Source of the DNA: a virus
Taxonomy: Duplodnaviria > Heunggongvirae > Uroviricota > Caudoviricetes
IMG/VR virus record: IMGVR_UViG_2713897055_000015
Coordinates: 1-10,263 of that record
Reading direction: 5' to 3' (one strand)
Length of the DNA stretch: 10,263 nt
Shown here: positions 6,439 to 10,263 of the stretch, piece after piece
How positions within the stretch are numbered: position 1 is the first letter of the stretch
Layout of the letters: every line of letters starts with the position of its first letter
Translations under genes and position numbers: made by a program
Notes under the pieces: model-generated
The model's input: only the letters and a program-made list of their open reading frames with translations
The model's database searches: none
What the model was told of the DNA's origin: nothing

Positions 6439-6734
6439 TTTTTACCCCTGAATACGTTAAGCATCTTTTTTATTTCCTGAATATTGGCGCGTGCTTTCTC
6501 CCTGCTGGTTGGTTTACTGCGGGGCGCTGCCTGTACCAGAGAAAAATCACGATCGAACTGATAAACAGGCATAACGCAGTCATATTCGTAGCCTTCACGG
6601 CGGTAAGTTACGCGCCGTTCCTCCACGCCTTTAATCGTTACCGTGCCGCCGTACTGGTCGCGGTAAATATCCCCGCGCATGAATTTAGTGCGAGTTTTGC
6701 CACTGGCAGTTAAGCCAGAATATTTAAGTTTCAT
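6435..6734 (-). CDS. Small protein (99 aa), possibly DUF4222-like, translationally coupled to the primase gene (ATGA overlap)
   Basis: Motif RRVTYRREGYEYDCV recalls DUF4222-type proteins from P4-like elements (from memory, unverified); SD GGAG upstream. Confidence 0.55.
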   Translation of the reverse strand: MKLKYSGLTASGKTRTKFMRGDIYRDQYGGTVTIKGVEERRVTYRREGYEYDCVMPVYQFDRDFSLVQAAPRSKPTSREKARANIQEIKKMLNVFRGKK

Positions 6735-6739
6735 TATTT

Positions 6740-6967
6740 TTATTCTCCGGTGTGGGGCGCGTTATTATTTTCGTGAATTGCCATCGCCTTATCCAGTTCA
6801 TCAATTACAGGCGATAGTAATGTCTGAACGGCGGCAAGCATTAATGACGAAGATTCTTCTCCAGCTTCCGTTGCTTCAATTAATTTAATTAACAACGCAT
6901 TCATTTCACGCGCTTTAATTAATGCGTTTTCAGAATGAATAAGAACATCATAGGGTATTTTATTCAT
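6740..6967 (-). CDS. Hypothetical small protein (75 aa), overlapping the upstream Icd-like gene by 8 nt
   Basis: ORF with protein-like composition in operon context. Function unknown. Confidence 0.55.
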   Translation of the reverse strand: MNKIPYDVLIHSENALIKAREMNALLIKLIEATEAGEESSSLMLAAVQTLLSPVIDELDKAMAIHENNNAPHTGE

Positions 6968-7130
6968 GACTCACCCCCTGACGAATACGGGCGACAAAAA
7001 TCAGATGTGCGTGCGGCAGCTGGGCGCGTGCTTCGCGTTCAGTGGCAGCGGTAACGGTGTAAATATCAATGCTGCTGTGGTGGCACTGCATAAAGCGCCA
7101 GACAAAGTAAGGGCGTGCGGATACAGCCAT
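6960..7130 (-). CDS. Icd-like small protein, copy 2 (56 aa; MAVSARPYFVWRF...ARIRQGVSHE)
   Basis: Start chosen at the internal ATG (7128-7130), preceded by AGGAG at 8-nt spacing. The C-terminal 50 aa are paralogous to copy 1. The long N-terminal extension in the ORF track (168 aa) is not supported. Confidence 0.6.
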   Translation of the reverse strand: MAVSARPYFVWRFMQCHHSSIDIYTVTAATEREARAQLPHAHLIFVARIRQGVSHE

Positions 7131-7194
7131 GTGAAAGGCTCCTACAGTAATTTTAAGGAGTCTCGCTACTACGCTGCTAAACGGGGTGGCGAGA

Positions 7195-7256
7195 CGTAAC
7201 AGGGTTAGCAGACTGGCACTGTAGGAACCAGCGAGCGCAAAGGCTCCCCCGTTACG
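7195..7256 (-). ncRNA. Candidate CI/C4-like immunity RNA carrying a seqB-like element
   Basis: On the minus strand CGUAACGGG (from plus 7248-7256) can pair with CCCUGUUACG (from plus 7195-7204), closing a ~60-nt element that contains GGUUCCUACAGUGCCAGUCUGCUAACC. That inner sequence is complementary to an upstream stretch (7321-7360) and to the SD region of Icd-like copy 2 (7138-7150). Confidence 0.4.
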
Positions 7257-7416
7257 CCCCGCCATAATGCGGGTATGGGTAGGCTTACGGACACAAAAAA
7301 ACCGCATATCGGAATATAAGCGGCTGTCCGCTACAGTATTCAGGCTGCTAAACCCGGTCGCCATGTGGGCGACGGGGGAAGCATACAGCCCCGTTATAAT
7401 TTTTTGCAAGCGGTTT

Positions 7417-7614
7417 TTACGCATGATGTGACCCCTGACGAATACGGGCGGCGAATACAGCAACACAACCGGACGGGCAACGGCTACGCGCTTCGCGTTC
7501 CGTCCAGGCGGTTACGTGGATGATTTGATGGTCTGACGCGCCAAAGGCAATAAAACGCCACACAAAGGCGGTTTGTGTGTGCGCTAGTCGTGGGGTATGC
7601 TGTCTTACAGCCAT
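7417..7614 (-). CDS. Icd-like small protein, copy 1 (65 aa; MAVRQHTPRLAHTQTAFVWRF...ARIRQGSHHA)
   Basis: Start chosen at the ATG (7612-7614) preceded by AGGAG at 8-nt spacing, same start context as copy 2 (AGGAG-N8-ATGGCTGTA). The ORF-track extension to 7737 is unsupported. Confidence 0.55.
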   Translation of the reverse strand: MAVRQHTPRLAHTQTAFVWRFIAFGASDHQIIHVTAWTEREARSRCPSGCVAVFAARIRQGSHHA

Positions 7615-7689
7615 AATCGTTACTCCTGTTAACGGTTTGGTTAGACGCCCTGCATGTGTGCCACCACTGCGGGGCGTTGTCGTTTGGTG

Positions 7690-7799
7690 CATCGCACCAC
7701 TCATTTTTAACCTATCAGTAAGTGAATCGCACTTCAAGCCTTTCTCTGAAATTTTTTTTTGTGTATACTGAATCGCACCAACTTAGAGAGGATTCAGTA
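7690..7799. promoter_or_regulatory. Divergent promoter/operator region with repeated (TG)AATCGCAC motifs and a T9 tract
   Basis: ATCGCAC at 7692-7698, GTGAATCGCAC at 7722-7732, TGAATCGCACC at 7770-7780; TATACT -10-like hexamer at 7764-7769 preceded by TG, upstream of the RHH gene; the minus-strand immunity-type operon starts in the opposite direction. Confidence 0.5.
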
Positions 7800-7979
7800 A
7801 TGGCAACAGGTTCAACAAATAATAAGTCGCAACAGTTAAATGCCAGATTCCCGCATGATGTTGTTGCAGACTTAGAAAAAAATTTAGATGAAGGTGAAAG
7901 CAAGGCGCAATTTATAGTTACTGCCGTTAAAGGCGAGATCAAACGCCGCCAGCGCCGCAAGGCCAAAGAATCAGAATAA
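7800..7979 (+). CDS. Small ribbon-helix-helix-like DNA-binding protein (59 aa)
   Basis: Start at the ATG (7800-7802) with SD GAGAGGA. Sequence pattern QLNARFPHDVVADLEKNLDE..FIVTAVKGEI fits a beta-strand/helix/helix (CopG/Arc-like) layout; basic C-terminus. The upstream extension in the ORF track depends on a GTG and crosses the promoter. Confidence 0.6.
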   Translation: MATGSTNNKSQQLNARFPHDVVADLEKNLDEGESKAQFIVTAVKGEIKRRQRRKAKESE

Positions 7980-8036
7980 TCACTATCAGCGCCGTGGTGT
8001 GAGGTACTACGGCGCATTGCTTTACAGGGCAGTATC

Positions 8037-8264
8037 ATGACCAACAACACACTATTACCAATACAAGACACGCAAACCCAAGATGATGAAATCATCCGGC
8101 AAAGGCAGTCAGAAGCCTGCGCCAGAGTTGAGGAAGAACTAACCAGAACAAAAATACCACCACCAGCGCCGCGCTTAATGCCACCAGAAAAATTTGCCCT
8201 TGAAGATTTTGTCGAGAAATACCCACGGCGGTTAAAAGCCACTAAAAACCGACCGCCTGGCTGA
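8037..8264 (+). CDS. Hypothetical small protein (75 aa), acidic N-terminal half and Pro-rich segment
   Basis: ORF downstream of the RHH gene after a hairpin (GCGCCGT..ACGGCGC, 7991-8017); weak SD. Function unknown. Confidence 0.45.
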   Translation: MTNNTLLPIQDTQTQDDEIIRQRQSEACARVEEELTRTKIPPPAPRLMPPEKFALEDFVEKYPRRLKATKNRPPG

Positions 8265-8420
8265 TAGCCTTGTCCACCAGCTACGGCGGTGCTAAGATCG
8301 AAAGCTGCATAAGTCATGAAATAAACTCCTTAGCGGTGCATACGCGCCGCTTCTTTCTTCACGAACAACCGCGAACAACTACAAACAAAAACACGGACGG
8401 AATTTAAAGAATGAATATTC

Positions 8421-8615
8421 TTAATTGACGCGTTCGCGGTTTTTGACCCACGCCACAACCTCAGACTTAACCCAGCCAACCGAACGACCGCCAAGACTGA
8501 TACGGGAGGGAAAGCGGCCTTGTTTTTCCATCTCGTAACGAGTTGTGCGGCAAACGCCTGTTAGCTCTCTGCATTCTTTTTCGCGGATTACACGATCTTC
8601 ATTTATTTCGCGCAT
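8421..8615 (-). CDS. alpA: AlpA-family phage transcriptional regulator / excisionase-like protein (64 aa)
   Basis: Small HTH protein with the typical AlpA-family pattern (..LTGVCRTTRYEMEKQGRFP..I.LG.RSVGW...EV..W...) located next to a P4-type integrase. Confidence 0.85.
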   Translation of the reverse strand: MREINEDRVIREKECRELTGVCRTTRYEMEKQGRFPSRISLGGRSVGWVKSEVVAWVKNRERVN

Positions 8616-9024
8616 AAAAAGCCCTACATAAAATTACGTATAGAAATTTTTGTTTCGCTGTGGATATACGGAAAGAGATTACTTCTTAGCTTTTCTTACC
8701 TCTTAAATTGATGGCGTAACCTTGCCAAAAGCTATGCTCGACAAGGTTCGCAAGGGTTCGTTGTTGTTCATAAAATCGTTGCACACCAGGAAAGACAATT
8801 CAACATTAAAATTCCCTCTACAGTGAGGAATAATAAAAAAAACAAATTAAAACAGTCACATAAAAGCATGCACTTTGAAATAAAGGAAAATATTAAAACT
8901 CAAGTAGACAATCGCTGTTTTCAAATTTTTTCAATACTTGACACATATAAATCGTCGATATTTGCCGATATTCGACGATTTATTTTAGAGGGCCATTTTT
9001 CGCAAGAAAAACAGCCGTAATTTG

Positions 9025-10263
9025 TCAAGAATTTTGAGAGTAAATTCGCGGGGTCATAACAACGATTTTTTCATCATTGTTCTGGAGAAGCTCGAGACGC
9101 TCAACCCATAGATTAAGAGCGTCACGTTTTGCATCGAGATAACGGGAGTGATTATAGACTCGTTGCACTCCTGGCAACTGGTGCGCGGTTAGCTGCTCCA
9201 CTACATGAGGATCCACGCCTAAATCGTTCAGCATCGTTGTAAACGTGTGCCGGATGTCGTGCAACGTCCAGGGGGCTTGATTAATACGTCTGTGTGCCGT
9301 TCTTCCGTACTCTGATACGGATGATTGCCCTTTCAGTTCTCCGAGCAATAATCCCGTGTGCCTGTTCTGCTCCACCAGCTTCGTTACGAACGGCAAGATC
9401 GCTTCCGGTATTGGCCTGAATATTGCTACCTTCGTTTTGCTATGTTCTTTCGGCACGGTCCAGAGCATTTCTTTAAAATCCCATTCCTGGACCTCAGAGC
9501 GTCTTAGCTCAGTGGTACGACATCCGAAGACAATCAGGAGGCGAATCAGGGCGCTGTAGTACGGTGGGTAAATTTTTTCATCCAGGGCGCGGAGTAATTC
9601 CCCAAGCTCCTTGTTTGTTAGTACGCGCTCGCTTATTTCTGCTTTTTTCCCAACATCACCTACAACCATATCATCTAGAACGTTGGTAATTGCGTAGCGT
9701 CGTTTGCGGCAGTACTTAAGCGCCTGCTTGCATACCTGTAACAAAAATCCTGCTGATACCGGATTACGCTTAGCAAGCTGATCAAAACAGGTCAGCCAGT
9801 GGCGTAGCTCGCATTTTTCCAGCGGCATAGCACCAATATGGCTGATTATGTGTGTATTGATCCGGCTTTTCAGAGATTCGTAATCTGTGCGCTTTTCCTT
9901 CGCGTACGATTCAAGCCAGTAAGTGAGCGCTTCCTTAACCGTAACAGGTGATAACGCTTCCTGTACGGTGTGATTAAGCTCATGGCGTGGATTTTTACCC
10001 TCAGCAAGCCAGGCGCGACACTGCGACGCTTTTTCCCTGGCTGCTTTCAGGCTCAAATCTGGATAATTTCCCAGCCTCAGACGTTCAGGGGCTACCTTCC
10101 TGCCTGTTCCGGCCCTGTAAGTGAAATACCAGGTTAACAGGCCATTGGTTGAATGCCTTACGCTAAGGTTGCCACCATCATTAAAAAAGGTGTTTTTTGT
10201 GGTTGGTGATCCGCTTAATTTTCGTAAAAGAGTGTCGCTAAGTCTATGAATTGCCCTGCTCAT
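9025..10263 (-). CDS. int: Tyrosine site-specific integrase, P4-type (412 aa; start codon at the window edge, N-terminus possibly a few residues longer)
   Basis: N-terminal arm-binding-type region (LSD..L..L.....K....DGG.L.V.....G...W.F.Y) and C-terminal catalytic signature HDIRHT ... VYNHSRY, typical of P4/CP4-57-type integrases. Confidence 0.95.
   Translation of the reverse strand: MSRAIHRLSDTLLRKLSGSPTTKNTFFNDGGNLSVRHSTNGLLTWYFTYRAGTGRKVAPERLRLGNYPDLSLKAAREKASQCRAWLAEGKNPRHELNHTVQEALSPVTVKEALTYWLESYAKEKRTDYESLKSRINTHIISHIGAMPLEKCELRHWLTCFDQLAKRNPVSAGFLLQVCKQALKYCRKRRYAITNVLDDMVVGDVGKKAEISERVLTNKELGELLRALDEKIYPPYYSALIRLLIVFGCRTTELRRSEVQEWDFKEMLWTVPKEHSKTKVAIFRPIPEAILPFVTKLVEQNRHTGLLLGELKGQSSVSEYGRTAHRRINQAPWTLHDIRHTFTTMLNDLGVDPHVVEQLTAHQLPGVQRVYNHSRYLDAKRDALNLWVERLELLQNNDEKIVVMTPRIYSQNS

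Noticed and set aside
6960-7737. Long forms (168 aa and 106 aa) of the two Icd-like ORFs
   Set aside because: The N-terminal extensions run through the candidate RNA region and leader, have poor composition, and lack RBS. Both paralogues share an internal AGGAG-N8-ATG start, so the short forms were called.
7722-7799. Upstream extension of the RHH ORF to 7722
   Set aside because: Depends on a GTG start, has no RBS, and crosses the T9 tract and predicted promoter; the ATG at 7800 with a GAGAGGA SD is preferred.
7715-8317. 200-aa minus-strand ORF with a strong AAGGAG Shine-Dalgarno
   Set aside because: Antisense to the RHH and 75-aa genes and spans the divergent promoter. Cys/Ser/Gly-rich, low-complexity translation. 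The plus-strand proteins look far more protein-like. The SD is noted, but an ORF this long is unlikely to be real.
8823-9020. 65-aa plus-strand ORF in the int-alpA spacer
   Set aside because: Lys/Asn-rich product encoded by AT-rich DNA and convergent with int; more likely promoter/operator DNA. A GAGGA upstream of the ATG is noted, so a tiny real gene cannot be fully excluded.
1-10263. Attachment sites or a tRNA integration target
   Set aside because: The integrase start is at the window edge, so the adjacent att lies outside. No tRNA-like sequence or matching terminal direct repeat is visible inside the window, so no att call is made.

Overview
The window reads as one compact phage satellite / phage-inducible chromosomal island, probably enterobacterial, with almost every gene on the minus strand. 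From right to left: a P4-type tyrosine integrase at the window edge, AlpA, a short divergent plus-strand operon (RHH-like protein plus a 75-aa protein), a P4-like immunity-type leader (two paralogous Icd-like small genes flanking a candidate CI/C4-like structured RNA with seqA/seqB/seqC-style complementarity), a DUF4222-like small gene, a P4/D5-family primase-helicase whose 3' end runs into a TCTACC iteron array (putative ori), an SSB operon, and a morphogenesis block with a lambda gpE-like major capsid protein, a gpD-like decoration protein and two small unknown ORFs. Left of that sit a Nu1-like winged-HTH small-terminase-like gene bracketed by two inverted lambda-type cos copies, a 93-aa ORF and an ~80-bp direct repeat. 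No rRNA, tRNA or CRISPR array is visible, and the attachment sites are not identifiable inside the window. The most interesting signals are the mosaic design (P4-like regulation and replication joined to lambda-like capsid and cos-packaging parts, with no portal, protease, scaffold or large terminase in the window), the inverted cos pair, and the RNA-immunity-like region. All homology calls are from reading the translations and DNA by eye; no database search was run.
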